A DNA stretch of 64,000 nucleotides from Octopus sinensis (Eukaryota). Shown piece after piece: positions 1 through 12,454 of this stretch. Under the pieces are notes generated by a model. It made no database searches and was not told the origin of the DNA. It saw only the letters and a list, made by a program, of their open reading frames with translations. The number at the start of each line of letters is the position of its first letter. Position 1 is the stretch's first letter. The stretch spans positions 66,898,001-66,962,000 of the forward strand of contig NC_043007.1 in assembly GCF_006345805.1 (NCBI RefSeq), given 5' to 3'. The position numbers and the translations under genes were made by a program.

Positions 1-444
1 GAAAAAAGTCACTTCTATTGAATTTTTAATGGCTTTGTGGAGTGACTGGGGAAATGTAAAGATGTGCACGACCACCCTTGGACGGTTTTGAATGACCATA
101 GAAAGTGCGAGCCCTCTAACTGAAAAATTGTGGATTTGTATAAAGGACACACACACACACACACAAACATTTTGCCGTTTATATAGAGAGAGATGATGGA
201 CTCTCCCGTCAAAGACGACATATGGGCGTTCAGCTTTTGCCGAATGACCTGCACAAATGATTTGTTTATAGTGGTCAAAAGTTCATGCAGCACAGAGGTT
301 CACTCCATCAAATCGACACTGTCTGAACAGGTGCACGGTGTGACTGGCGTCAAGTGACGAAGTGATTGCAGAGCAACGTGAGATGAAGTGTTTTGCTCAA
401 GAACACAACGCACCAGTCTAGGATTTGAAACCACGATATCACAA

Positions 445-928
445 CACCCTAACCACTAGGCAAGAATAATAGGCTACAGCAAATATTCTGCTCAATACCA
501 CAGATTTGTTTGTCAGTAGTTTGACCTCAACCAGTTGAGCATGTCCCTTAGTGGCTGACGATATGTGCGTCTCTCATCACGAGTAGAAGTAGTGGGAGAG
601 TATCATATCCATGTGTTGAGATGAATTCTTTGGGGTTTGAATAATTCACTTCTGGAAACATGGGTGTTTCGTTCAACATTCTTAAACAAACCTTATTCAG
701 GGACCTTTTGAGTGGGATGGGCTATTCGACCTGAAGAAAATTCTGATTGGGGCCCCACCTGCAAGGTCATGCGTTATTTTGATATGAGATCACTATTTCA
801 CGCGCATATGATTGTGATTCATATGCCTGGTGTACCCTTATAAGACGGGTAGTCATTGGGCTTCGTATGTTTGTACCCCAGTGTCACTTTGATGGTATGC
901 ACTGTTCTCTCACTAAATAATAATAATC
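445..928. mobile_element. Unclassified interspersed repeat, 5'-truncated copy of the element at 57377-57930
   Basis: Colinear over ~480 bp with 57475-57930 (ctacagcaaatattctgctcaatacc ... gcactgttctctcactaaataataat). Abuts (AAT)n. Confidence 0.75.
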
Positions 929-1138
929 CTTTCTTCTATAGGTACAAGGCCTGAAATTTAGGGGAAGGGGATAGTCGATTACATTGACACCAGTACTCAA
1001 CTGGTACTTATTTTAGCAAACCGAAATGATGAAAGGCAAAGTCGACCTCGGCGGAATTTGAACTCAGAACGAAAAGACGGACGAAATGCCGCTAAGCATT
1101 TTCCCCAGCGTGCCAACGATTCCGCCAGCTCGCTGCCT

Positions 1139-1140
<2 letters not shown>
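921..1140 (-). mobile_element. tRNA-derived SINE, family S2 (head aaggcggcgagctggcagaatcgttagc)
   Basis: Minus strand has a tRNA-like head, B box gagttcaaattcc and the conserved core gcctttcatcctttcggggtcgataa. Other copies at ~1250-1385, 10020-10200, 13420-13570, 15181-15403, 18150-18340, 32165-32340, 57100-57312, 57950-58146 and 63020-63240. Confidence 0.85.
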
Positions 1141-1169
<29 letters not shown>

Positions 1170-1246
1170 AAGAAGAAGAAGAAGAAGAAGAAGAAGAAGA
1201 AGAAGAAGAAGAAGAAGAAGAAGAAGAAGAAGAAGAAGAAGAAGAA
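1140..1246 (+). repeat. (AAG)n microsatellite, about 35 perfect units
   Basis: Read directly from the sequence. Confidence 0.98.
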
Positions 1247-1599
1247 TGGTACGAGACCTTGAAATTTTGTGGGAGAGGATAAGGGATCAACTGGTACCTA
1301 TTTTATCGATTCCGAAAGGATGAAAGGCACAGACGAATCTGAATTCAAAATGTAAAGCCAGACGAAATGCCTTTAAGCATTTCGAGTTACTTCTCTAATC
1401 TAATTTTTGCTTCATTCATACAAATTAACTAAGCCATAAATGTTTCCTATTCTTTTTGGTATTTGTCTAATCGTCCTTTCTGTGAGTGATAATGTATGAC
1501 AACTGCTGTGCTGATGACGTCTATTGAGGTGGAATGTCGTATCCACAGCTGTTCCCTTGCCTCCTGATAATCAGACTGTCTTTTGTAAATTTTGGAGAA

Positions 1600-1985
1600 T
1601 TCTTGATTATCTTTTATCTTTTACTTATTTCAATCATTAGATTGCGGTCATGCTGGGGCACCGCCTGGAAGAAACTTTCGTCGAATGAATCGACCCCAGT
1701 ACTTTTTGGTACTTATTCTATCAGTCACTTTGGCCGGACCTTTAAGTTATGGGGGCATAAACAAACCAACATCGGTCGTGAAACGGTTGTGGCGGACAGA
1801 CACAGACACAAAAATACACAAACAAAGATATATAGAGAGATATATAGATATATCTTTCATTTTCTATTAGTTTCCAACTTTGGTTGGACCGAGGCTATAG
1901 CAGAAAACATTTACTTGCCTAAGGTGTCACGCAGTGGGACTGAACTTGGTACCATGTGGTTGGGAAGCAAACCTCTTACCACGCT
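1600..1985 (-). mobile_element. Diverged composite tRNA SINE, family S1
   Basis: Same motifs as 18701-19103 in reverse (aatcgaccccag, cgcagtgggactgaac, accatgtggttgg). Confidence 0.75.
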
Positions 1986-2595
1986 TGATTAGCTTCCATT
2001 CTCATTTAGATCTGGTCCTAGTTGCTACCAATAGATTAATATACCTTCTCTTTCGTGAACGTGTTCAAATCAAGACAAACCACAGTTTCGCAACTTTAAC
2101 AACACTTCCGACCACGCCAACGTGAAGGGCAAATGAGGTAAGTTACCCAGAAAAATTATTGTCAGTTAACGGCGATGTTTTTTATCCTTCAGATTAATTG
2201 TGAGGATCAACATGATGGCGTATCTCCATCGTTCGACAATTGTTCAATCAACTTAATACCTTTTTCTAGATTATCGTGTAATTGGCTGAGCATTCCACTG
2301 ACACGTGTACTCTAGACGTAAATCAGAAGCTGAATCAGCGTGGTAGTGTATGGGGGGTGAAAGAAAGAGAGAGAGAAGGTCGTACCTTTCCAATTATATG
2401 TACAATCCAACCGACGGGCTTCTGTGCAGTTTCCGTCTACTCAATTTCACTCACGTGGATCGACGCGAAGATATTTAAAAAATTACAGTTGCCCAAGATA
2501 CCGTGCTGAAGGGATGAACGCAGGATCTCGTAAATGCGAAGCTACCTTCTTGATCATTCCGTTATACAGCGCCTACGGCAATCAGCTAAACTGCT

Positions 2596-3575
2596 AATGC
2601 AATTCTAGATGTCATAACCTTATCTGATTTGTTAAAACATTCAAATGGAAAGTCAACTACTTGGGCAATAACTGAAGCAACACAAACTGGTGACAGGAGA
2701 AATTCAACAAGTTGGAGTTATTTCTGCATAAACCAAAGGCTTACAGATAAATTGGACATCGTTCTACAAAGTGATAGGATCATCATTCCTTTTGCGTCAG
2801 AAACGCCCATAAGTGCCATACTGGAATGGAAAAAAGCAAAGCGACTCCTAAGTAATCATTGACAAAGATATAGAGTTGAAAATTAGGAATTGTTTGATTG
2901 ATGTATCATTTGAACAGTCTGAGCCGTTAGAACTCTTAATAATGTCCACGACACCAAGAGTCCACAATCCAGTTGAGAAACACAGTTATGGTAGATGTCA
3001 CATCATGCTGTGAAAAGCATGGCTCAGTGGTTAAAACATCGGGATCACAATCATGAGGTAGTGAGTTCGATTCCCGAACGGAGCTCTGTGTTTTGTTTTT
3101 GAGTATGACACTATATTTCACGTTGTTCCAGTCACTCAGCTGCAGAAACGAGTTGCGATGTACTGGTACCAAGCTGTCTCGGCCTTTACCTTTCCTTTGG
3201 ATAACATCAGTGCTGTAGTAAGGGGAGGCTGGTATGCATGGGCGACTGCTGGTCTTCCATAAACAACCTTGCCCGGACATGTATCTTGGAGGGGAACTTT
3301 CTAGTTGCAACTCTATGGTCATTCATGACCGAAGGGAGTCTTTCCTCTTTACCCTTTAACATCATGCTGCCTGGATATATTATTCGTGAAATCGATTGAA
3401 ACTTTGAATATGATTAGTTGCATAGAATTACTTTCCATATCTTGAAGACTTGAGGAATCCCAAAAAAGAATTGCTTTTGACAATGATCCACAGTTTATAA
3501 ACTGTAATTTCAATGAGTGTTTAGAACAACGTGGTGTACAATATAAAAAAAGTAAGTTGTTCTATCAGAAATTTT
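2596..3575 (+). pseudogene. Degenerate Ty3/Gypsy pol fragment (integrase zinc-binding domain and catalytic core), interrupted by a SINE
   Basis: Across frameshifts and stops it reads DIVLQSDRIIIP...HKCHTGMEKSK...IDKDIELKIRNC (H2C2 region) and GIPKKIAFDNDPQF...LEQRGVQYK (matches integrase GIPxxIxSDNGPQF). Confidence 0.7.
3011..3358 (+). mobile_element. tRNA-derived SINE, family S3, full length, with 11 bp target-site duplication
   Basis: A box (tggctcagtgg) and B box (gagttcgattcc). acatcatgctg occurs at both 3000-3010 and 3359-3369. Confidence 0.85.
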
Positions 3576-4239
3576 CAATAGAACTATTGGTAAAATAACA
3601 TGACATAGATTCAAGAAAATAACACATCGATTCAAAATTCGGATATTTTAATACTGTTTATCAACAAATATAGCCCCATCAGTTCTCTTAAATTGCCCTT
3701 TATTTCACAAATTTCATCTAAGGAAGTCTTGCAGAAGACACAAAATGAGGTAAGATACTAATGATATCAATGCAAAATGTAGCAGTATAATGATCAAAAT
3801 ACCAAGAATAGTTTGATATAGAAGTGGGTGATCGGGAAAAATTGAGAACCTATAAAAATCGATTTAAAAATATAGATACTAGCGTCGATTCGTTCGACTA
3901 AAACCATTAAAGTTGGTGCCGCAGTCTAATAACAAAAAAAAAAGTAAAAGATAAATGGATAAAATTAAACTAAAATTCACGATAATGTTGCATGCTTTTC
4001 CGATTTACATGATCCCTTCATCACGTGATTCAATGCTACGGTCAATGATCTTTGCCCTTTAATATGGTTACAAGTTAATAAAAGAAATTCCGGAAGGAAA
4101 AGACCTCTTTGCAGCTACATTTTGTTTTAGATAAACACTTTATTTACAGAGAGACAACATTATTAGACATTCAATAAACACATGAATGCACATTTTGCAG
4201 GAACTAATTTTGAAATTTAATGATGTGAAAAGAGCTGAA

Positions 4240-4595
4240 AAGAGGAGGAAAGAAAACTCCGAATGACCCGTCCTTGTTTTGTTTGTATCGTCTATCTGGA
4301 TGTTTTGTTGTCCCTTTCTTGTAATACCTGTCTGGATGTTTTGCGTTCTTGTCCCATTTTGTATTTATATATATATATATATATATATATTCAAAATGTC
4401 ACCGCGTGTGTACCGTTGGCCATTTTTTTCATCCGTCTCCCCTTCTTTGGATCTTTCCTTTTCTTATGTTTCTGACGAAGAGCTCCACTCGAAACGTTAA
4501 ACCCTCCTTCTTTTCTGAGCGTCCAATACTACTATACTTGTTCCGAGTCCTCGCGTTGTTGTGTTTTCTCTTTGTGTTTTCATGTTTAGATTACT

Positions 4596-4600
<5 letters not shown>
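4240..4600 (+). mobile_element. Penelope-like pseudo-LTR-type non-autonomous repeat carrying a hammerhead motif
   Basis: Pyrimidine-rich repeat with an intact CTGACGA...GAAACGTT motif. Related segments at 4690-4862 (-), 5571-6535 (-) and 36180-36630 (+). Confidence 0.55.
4468..4502 (+). ncRNA. Minimal type I hammerhead ribozyme
   Basis: GUUU-CUGACGA-A-GAG(CUCCA)CUC-GAAA-CG-UU-AAAC. All core nucleotides present, stem I GUUU/AAAC, stem II 3 bp, palindromic CG in the stem III loop. Confidence 0.65.
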
Positions 4601-4629
<29 letters not shown>

Positions 4630-5312
4630 TAAATAAAACATATGCATATATATATACATACATATATGTACGTACCTACCTCTACATGTATATATACACA
4701 CGCATATATGAGTACAGGACACCAAAAAAAAAACGTCGAACACAATGAGAAACGAAAACATAGACACAAACCCAAGGAACTGGACATTTTTCTTTAAAAA
4801 CAAAAAAATAGAGTACAGGACAAATAACACAAGGAAAAAACCTCCTTCTTCAGTCGCCATGGTTTCATCTATATATATATATAGCGGCGTACGTACACTT
4901 TAGTCTCTTATATGTAAGTATATATTTATCTAAATCTTATACGACTCTATTCTTTCATTCTTTCCTTTTTCTATCAGTCCTTTCACGCTTACTTCGTTCA
5001 TTCCACACTTCGTTCTTTCGTTCCCCCTCTCTCACATTTTATTGCCTTCTCTTCATGCTCACTTTCCTTCCTCTTTTCACTGATACTTTAAACTCTTCGG
5101 TTGCATATTTGTGTGAATAAAATCGTTTTTCTTTGAAATAGAAAAAAGTCTATCTTTATTTCTTCTTTTGCTGGTGTCACAAATTTAGGTTAAATCAGTG
5201 TTTCTCAAAGGGGAGGCCTATGGGACGGTAGGACATGTTGTTTTGAGAAAGTTTGGTTTAAATATATGACAACTCAGCACCAACCATTGGACGGTGGGGC
5301 GGTTTCCTTGTA

Positions 5313-5353
<41 letters not shown>

Positions 5354-5439
5354 CATACACGCACACACATATACAGCACTTTATATTTTGAAAATGTATG
5401 TATGTGTTATATACATATATATATATACATATATATATA

Positions 5440-5492
<53 letters not shown>

Positions 5493-5527
5493 ATACATAT
5501 GTATATATATATATAATATATATATAT

Positions 5528-5570
<43 letters not shown>

Positions 5571-5571
<1 letters not shown>

Positions 5572-6344
5572 AAACTTACTTGGAAGAGGATGCGTGGCGT
5601 TCAATCATATAATAATATAAATTTTATATATATATATATGCATATACACATACGAATATGTACATACATCTATACTTATATATATGCATATGTGGGCACA
5701 GGACGTCATGAAACGTGTACAACCAAAAATGCGAAGTACGAGTACATGGAATATGAACTATTTTTTCGAACAACGAAAGACACAAATGGAAAACTAGACA
5801 AACAACATATGGAACGACTCTTCATCAGTTGTCAGCTGTTTTTCTACTCTCGTATTTCGAGCATCTAACAATAATATACGCTTTCGATAAAACAGTTGCT
5901 CCAGCAAAGCAAATTAAATAAAATTTGGGATTTTGAGGAGAGTCAAAATTGGTAACACAAACAGGACAGTGAAAACAAACAGGAAGGGCTGCTAAGCTTA
6001 AACGAGGTTGTGGTGGTAAGAGCGTAAATCAAGCTTGGACAGGTGACAGACAAGAACACGTCTTCCTTGTTCCAGCTACAACGGAGAGAAAGAAGGAAAC
6101 ACAAATTAGAAGAAAGAAAGATGGCCGATGGTCACGTGGGAGCCACGTGAGCAAGATAGGAGTGGTGCGGGAGAAAGTGACTGAGTAATAGGAGAGAATA
6201 GTGGGAGAAGAGGAGGTAAAAGAATATGAGAGGGAAAGAGAGAAAAACGAAAGAGTAAATAGATTGTATAGATGCGCATCAGAATTATTAAGATAAAACC
6301 TACTTGGAAGAGGATGCATGGTGTTCAATCATATAATATAAATA

Positions 6345-6413
<69 letters not shown>

Positions 6414-6535
6414 CATATATGCACATAATTACATCTATATGTATATATAAATGCATATGTGGGCACAGGACGTCATGAAACATGTACAACAAAAAAATAC
6501 GAAGTACCAGTACATGGAATATGAACTATTATTTA
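5571..6535 (-). mobile_element. Partial tandem (period ~725 bp) of a Penelope-like pseudo-LTR repeat
   Basis: aaaac(t/c)tacttggaagaggatgc...gtgggcacaggacgtcatgaaac...catggaatatgaactatt occurs at 5571-5762 and 6296-6530. A ctgatgaagag half-motif lies at ~5817-5827 (-). Confidence 0.55.
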
Positions 6536-6546
6536 AATGTGCCCAA

Positions 6547-6631
<85 letters not shown>

Positions 6632-6677
6632 CGTATAGATGTAAGTATGTACATATACGTATGTATATATGCATATA

Positions 6678-7707
6678 TCTATATATATAAAACTCAACTT
6701 GTGTGTCTGTGTGTTTAACTTCCCGGCACATCTCCTACTAGTTAACAAATCGTAGAACCACCAAAAATGGGTCATTTAAAGTTTAGGCAAATGAAAATTG
6801 AACTGCGCTATTTCTGTTCCGAAATTCATCTCGCAAGTGCAAAAATCGATAATGTGTTTGTTTAGGCCTTATCCTGTGCATTGAATAGTGAACTTTACTC
6901 AGTCAGCTGTTTGGCGTGAACTGTGTTCACCACGCGTGCAAGCATGCGTAAATTGCATAAAAAATAAAAAATCAAGATGTAAAAACGAATCGCCGTAAAC
7001 TTCGTAGAAATTCGGCAATCGTATTAATCGTTTTAATCGTTTGGACTTAGTGAACACATACCAATTGTTTTCATAACATTTTTAACGCTTTGAATTAAAT
7101 GTGACCATTTTGCGTTGAGTTTGCAGTTTGAATCAATTTAACCAAATTTTAGCAGGCCGGATTTTTGATCATCATGATACATCGCCAGCGACGCCCTGAA
7201 ACTCTCCCCTGAAATCCCCGTTGAGAAATCTATGTATATAAAACTCGACTTGTGTGTCTCTGTGTGTGTGTCTGTGTGTTTGACTTTTGGATCTACCAAG
7301 TTTCATTATTAAGGATGGAAAGTAGTGTGTAGCAAATCTATATATATAAAGCTGGAGTTGTCTGTGTGTGACAGGTTTGGTAGCCTTCAACTAACACTAT
7401 CTCCTTCGAGACCCTGCAGTGCAAGTTGACCAAAATTGAGAGTGTGATAGAAGAAAGCTTACTCTTCATTCTGTTGAAGATAAAATTCAAATCGGACCAT
7501 GTTAACACCAAAAATTATTTACATCAAAAAGGTGCTTTTTTTTCTATGAAAATCCCTATTTTTTACGATTTTGCTATGTCACCATTTTTCGGTGTATTTC
7601 AACTGGAAAAATGTTTACAAGTTGCATAATGCAAAATTTTTACTTTTCAAAAATTCCGATTCTAAAGGGTCGAAACAAACCCAAGCAACACCGGGGGATA
7701 CTGCTAG
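6678..7707 (+). mobile_element. Non-autonomous Helitron with three 5' termini and one 3' terminus
   Basis: A|TCTAT(A/G)TATATAAA starts at 6678, 7229 and 7337. 3' end cccaagcaacaccggg-(7 nt)-CTAG|T at 7704-7707, a decayed form of the subterminal hairpin plus CTAG. Confidence 0.8.
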
Positions 7708-7722
7708 TGTATGTATATATAA

Positions 7723-8057
7723 AGGGTAAAGACCCCCTTCGGTCATGAATGACCATGGGATTGCACCTAGAAAGTTACCCTCCTAGACACAAGTCCGGGC
7801 AAGGTTGTTTATGGAAGACCAGCAGTCGCCCATGCATACCAGCCTCCCCTCTCCACGCCACCAGTGTTATCAAAGGGAAAGACAAAGGTCGATACAGCTT
7901 GGAACCAGTGACGTCGCAACTCATTTCTACAGCTGAGTGAACTGGAGCAACGTGAAATAAAGTGCCTTGCTCGAGAACACAACACGCCGCCCGGACCGGG
8001 ATTCGAGCTCACAACCTCACGATCGTAAGCTCGACGCTCTAACCACTGAGCCATGCG
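7723..8057 (-). mobile_element. tRNA-derived SINE, family S3, full length
   Basis: Reverse complement of 3011-3358. Partial copies at ~300-460, 28215-28395, 38657-38910 and 45765-45905. Confidence 0.85.
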
Positions 8058-8292
8058 ATATATATATGAATTACTGTCAAAAGAACAGGAGTTAAGCAAT
8101 GCATTTCAGTAGCTTACAGCCTTGGGGGGGGGGTCTATAAGGAACTGTGAACTTAGAGTTGAGTGTCACTATATATAAGCTCTTGGGAACACGAATACTA
8201 TGAAGAATAAGTGTATTAAGAACGAACAAATAGTTACTAGTGCAGCTAGATCAAAACAGAATCATAAAACACACACACACACTAGTATGTAT

Positions 8293-8425
8293 AGAAGAAG
8301 AAGAAGAAGAAGAAGAAGAAGAAGAAGAGAAGAAGAAGAAGAAGAAGAAGAAGAAGAGAAGAAGAAGAAGAATAAGAAGAAGAAGAAGAAGAAGAAGAAG
8401 TTCTAAGAAGAAAAAATGAATGATG

Positions 8426-8456
<31 letters not shown>

Positions 8457-8700
8457 CAGTGATGGCAGCAGTTGCGGGGACAGCGGTAGCGGAAGCTAAT
8501 GCGACGGCGGGGGTGGTGGCGGCGGCGATGGTGATGATGATGTTGATGAAGGTGATGGTGTTGCTGGTGGTGCTGGTGCTGGTGGTGGTAATGATGATTG
8601 TTGTTGTTGTTGTTGTTAGGGTGGTGTTTGTAGTTGTAGTAAAGTAAGGAGAAGGATATTGTGGGACGTGGAAGAGGAGGAGGAGGACGAGGAGGATGTC
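8293..8700. repeat. Compound trinucleotide microsatellites (GAA)n, (GAT)n, (GGT)n, (GTT)n, (GAG)n
   Basis: Read directly from the sequence. Confidence 0.9.
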
Positions 8701-9550
8701 TCTGAAGAGACTGCGGAGAAAGTGGGTTTCCAAACTGCGTAAATGACGAATCCGTGATAAATGGACATGTCTGAAAAAGATTGGTTTTTAATACAAACAT
8801 GAAAGAAAAACAACGTAAGAAGTAAAGCAGTACAAAACGATAAGACTCAAGATAAGAAGGAAAGGAAAAAGAAGGATAAAACAGAAAAGAAAAAAAGAAA
8901 GTAACGAAAGAAATAAAGAAACAGTGAGCGGACGCACTAACTGTCCAAGTGGTGACCAAACCATTAGAGAACATTCTTCGTTAATAATTTTTGCTTTTAT
9001 TAAAGGCGACTACTTTTAGTGCTATTGTTTAGTCAGTAGTAGAGCTGGACACTAATGGCCAGCGGGCAGTCAGAATCTCCCGTCTGAGCACAGAATATTC
9101 TACTTGGACAGCAGGTGTCCTTCAATTATTGTCCGTTGTCCAGCCTCGGTAAAAGCGAATGGTGATTGTAAACTTATGTGATTTCAAGACTGGCTATATA
9201 GACTGAGAGGTCAGTACGGCACAAATATGTCACTTTATTATTGGATCGCTGTTCAGTCAAGCATGAAACGAAAAGTGTTCCAGACATTCTGGTCAGCTTC
9301 AAGAAAAATAATCCAAAAACATTATATGTATACATGTATATAAAATATTAAAAAAAAATATGGGCACCACCCACTGGAGAAACAAAAGAAAAAAAAAGAT
9401 ACATTCAAACATGAGAATGAATAAAAAAAAAATACTAAAACAAAATACAATAAGACATCTTTTAATAGCGATTTCTGACTTAGTAACGAGGCCACACATT
9501 TATCTAGAGGGTGGAAGAGGGGGGAAATAATTGATTATATGTATTTCTAT

Positions 9551-9728
9551 CTCACTTTTACTTGTTTCAGTCATTTGAATGCGGCCATGCTGGAGCACCA
9601 CCTTTAGTCGAGCAAATCGACCCCAGGACTTACTCTTTGTAAGTCTAGTACTTATTCTATCGGTCTCTTTTGTCGAACCGCTAAGTTGTCAAGCGATGTT
9701 GGGGTGACAAACACAGATACACAAACAT

Positions 9729-9795
<67 letters not shown>

Positions 9796-10015
9796 ATATA
9801 CATACATACATACATACATACATACATACATACATACATACATACATACATACGACGGGCTTCTTTAAGTTTCCGTCTACCAAATCCACTCACAAGGCTT
9901 TGGTCGGCCCGAGGCTATAGTAGAAGACACTTGCCCAAGGTGCCACGCAGTGGGACTGAACCCAGAACCATGTGATTCGTAAGCAAGCTACTTACCACAC
10001 ATCCACTCCTGCGCC
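9551..10015 (-). mobile_element. Composite tRNA SINE, family S1, with internal (CA)/(TA)/(TACA) microsatellite
   Basis: Reverse complement of 18701-19103 consensus. Confidence 0.9.
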
Positions 10016-11141
10016 TGGATGCACAGCTAGAAATTTTGTAGGGCGATTAACTTGACCCCAGTATATTCCTGGTACTTTATTTTATCGACTCCGAAAGAAT
10101 GGAATGCAAAGTGAACCTAGGGTGGGATTCCAACTCAGAGAGCAAAGAGATGTTAGTAAATACTACAAGGTACTTTATTTCGCTGTTCTACCAATTCTAG
10201 CGAATTCGAAGTATTTACCTTTCTTTTACTTGTTTCACTCACTGGACTGAAGCCATCCTGTGACACCACCTTGAAGCGTTCAGTTGAGCAAATCGACCCC
10301 AGTACTTATTTATTTATTTATTTATTTATTCCTTAAGCCAGGTACTTTTTCTATCGGTCCCTTTTACCGAACTGCTATGTTACGGGGACGTAAACAAACT
10401 AACACCGGTTGTCAAGCGGTAAGGGGGGACTAGCACAAGCAGAGAGATACCGTTACACACACACACACATACATATACATATATATATGTGTGTGTGTGC
10501 GCGTGTGTATACACACACATATGCACACATACAACCAAATTCATTCCCAAGGTTTTGGTTGACCCAGTACTCCGCTGGTAGGATTTTAAGTTTTAACCGG
10601 CCATATCTGGCCAAATTATTTTATCTGTTTTATGTTCATACTGGCTAGATCCAGCCTCTTACACCTAGCCTACAATGTCATTCTAAAAATAAACAATCAC
10701 ATCTCTAAGCTACATGATAATGCATGATTAATGCAAAACAATGAATAGATAAGTTCCCGGACTAGTTCTGTAGCGCGCACCAACAGATGGCAGCACACGG
10801 TTGCGTGCGCAGTGAGAGCTAGCAGTGACCTTCGTGACGCAGTATGCCGAATGACATCGCTGTGTTTATTTCGTAAGTTGTAAAATTTGTGTTTTTGTGA
10901 TCACGTGTATACTGTGGTCTGCGATTTTTGTCATGGTCGGGAAGTTGGAACAAAGAGACGACGTCAAATTTTGCGTTAAACTTGGGAAGTCTGCTACAGA
11001 GATATTGAGCATGCTTCGACAAGTTTACGGTGACGATGCAATGAATCGTACGTAATGTTTCGAGTGGCACAGGTGTACGGCAGAGCTGCAGCTCAATCAA
11101 GAGCATGCTCATCAGTTTTTTCGACATCCGCAGTATTGTTC

Positions 11142-11295
11142 TATATTTAAGAGATGAGGAATTATATACATTATTTACATTTGACGAATATTTGTCCTCA
11201 TCATGTTTGTTGCTAACACAACATTTCGGCTGATATACTCTCCAGCCTTCATCAGGTGTCTTGGGGTTCTCATTCCTAAGGTGTTGTTGTTGTTG

Positions 11296-11364
<69 letters not shown>

Positions 11365-11454
11365 TCACTGCCTGGGATTTAACTCGGAATCTTGGGGTTA
11401 GTAGCCCGCGCTCTTAACCACTACACCATATGCCCGTGGGCATATGGCGTAGTG
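11142..11454 (-). mobile_element. tRNA-headed, hammerhead-containing non-autonomous retroelement (retrozyme-like) nested in the mariner
   Basis: Splits the transposase reading frame between IV and HRE. Minus strand: tRNA-like head (A box 11418-11428, B box 11375-11385), (AAT)n/(AAC)n, hammerhead 11215-11260. A 17 bp inverted copy of the head lies at 11438-11454. Confidence 0.7.
11215..11260 (-). ncRNA. Minimal type I hammerhead ribozyme
   Basis: GACAC-CUGAUGA-A-GGCUG(10 nt)CAGCC-GAAA-UG-UU-GUGUU. Stem I 5 bp, stem II 5 bp. UG in the stem III loop is a likely CpG-decayed CG. Confidence 0.7.
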
Positions 11455-12454
11455 TATCGAGAATTCGGTCCCTCGGGGACAGACTTTCAATCCAGAGTTC
11501 TGCAGCGACGTTTTCAAGCGTTCGAGGGAGGAAATTCGCCTAAACTGTGCGGATCTGTGGAGTGCAAAGAATTAGATTCTTCACGACGGCAATGTATCCT
11601 GTCACCGAGCCCTTCACACTCGTGAGTTTCTCGCCAAAAACAACAAGGCGTCGCATCCGCACTCGCCCTATTCGCCAGATTTAGCACCTGGGGACTTCCA
11701 TCTCTTCTCCAAGATGAAAATGCAGCTCAAAGGTCGCCGTTTTAACACCGTTGTCGAGAAAAGGAGCGAATCGTAGAAAGTCCTCAACTCGCTTTACGCC
11801 TAAAACGACTTCCAGGTTGGATTCCAAAACCGGTAGGAACGCTGGGACCAGTGTAGTGCTGCGCAAGGTGACTATTTTGAAGATGGTGCTAAAACTTAGG
11901 TTAAATAAGTTATTTTTTTATTAAACATAACTAGTCCGGGAACCTTTTGACATCACTTTGTATATATATAATATACGATGAGCTTCTTTCAGTTTCCATC
12001 TTTCAAATCGACTCACAAAGCTTTGGTCGGCTCGAGGCTATAATAGAAGACACTTGCCCAAGGTGCCAGACAGTGGGACTGAACCCGGAACCATGTGGTT
12101 GGGAAGCAATCTTCTTCCACTCAGTTACGCCTGCACCTATTACTGTATAAATCTATAAATCGTCATCACATTGTTTAATAAAGTTAAAAATTTCGATTAT
12201 GTCTCTGATATCTTTCCATAGTTTAGTCTCCTTTTAAGTTATTTGAAATGTTCAACTGTTTTGAAGAGATTTCCTTATTTTTAAGACTTCGGTTATGTCT
12301 CCGTTATTGTTCCATGGAGACCATTGTTTTCGTATCAAACAGAATTACACCAGTATAGCACAGAATAGTTTGTTCTAGCAGAACATCTACGTTCAAGTGG
12401 GGATAAGTATTACCTCAGTGTTAACACTGTATCTGTCGCCAATATAAAGAAGTA

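Larger units (their letters stand above)
10751..11961 (+). mobile_element. Internally deleted mariner element (transposase pseudogene) with a nested retroelement
   Basis: Inverted aagttcccggactagtt at 10751-10767 and 11929-11946. Translation gives MVGKLEQRDDVKFCVKLGKSATEILSMLRQVYGDDAM, KSMLISFFDIRSIV, then REFLAKNN...PYSPDLAPGDFHLFSKMKMQLKGRRF...RWDQCSAAQGDYFE (mariner YSPDLAP motif). Contains stops. Confidence 0.92.

Noticed and set aside
2040-2141. Plus-strand exon ending at TGAG|GTAAGT
   Set aside because: All frames hit stops and there is no convincing acceptor or partner exon.
11361-11435. Functional tRNA gene (also the heads of S1, S2 and S3)
   Set aside because: The acceptor and anticodon stems do not pair fully, and the heads continue into repeat bodies. 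They are SINE-type heads.
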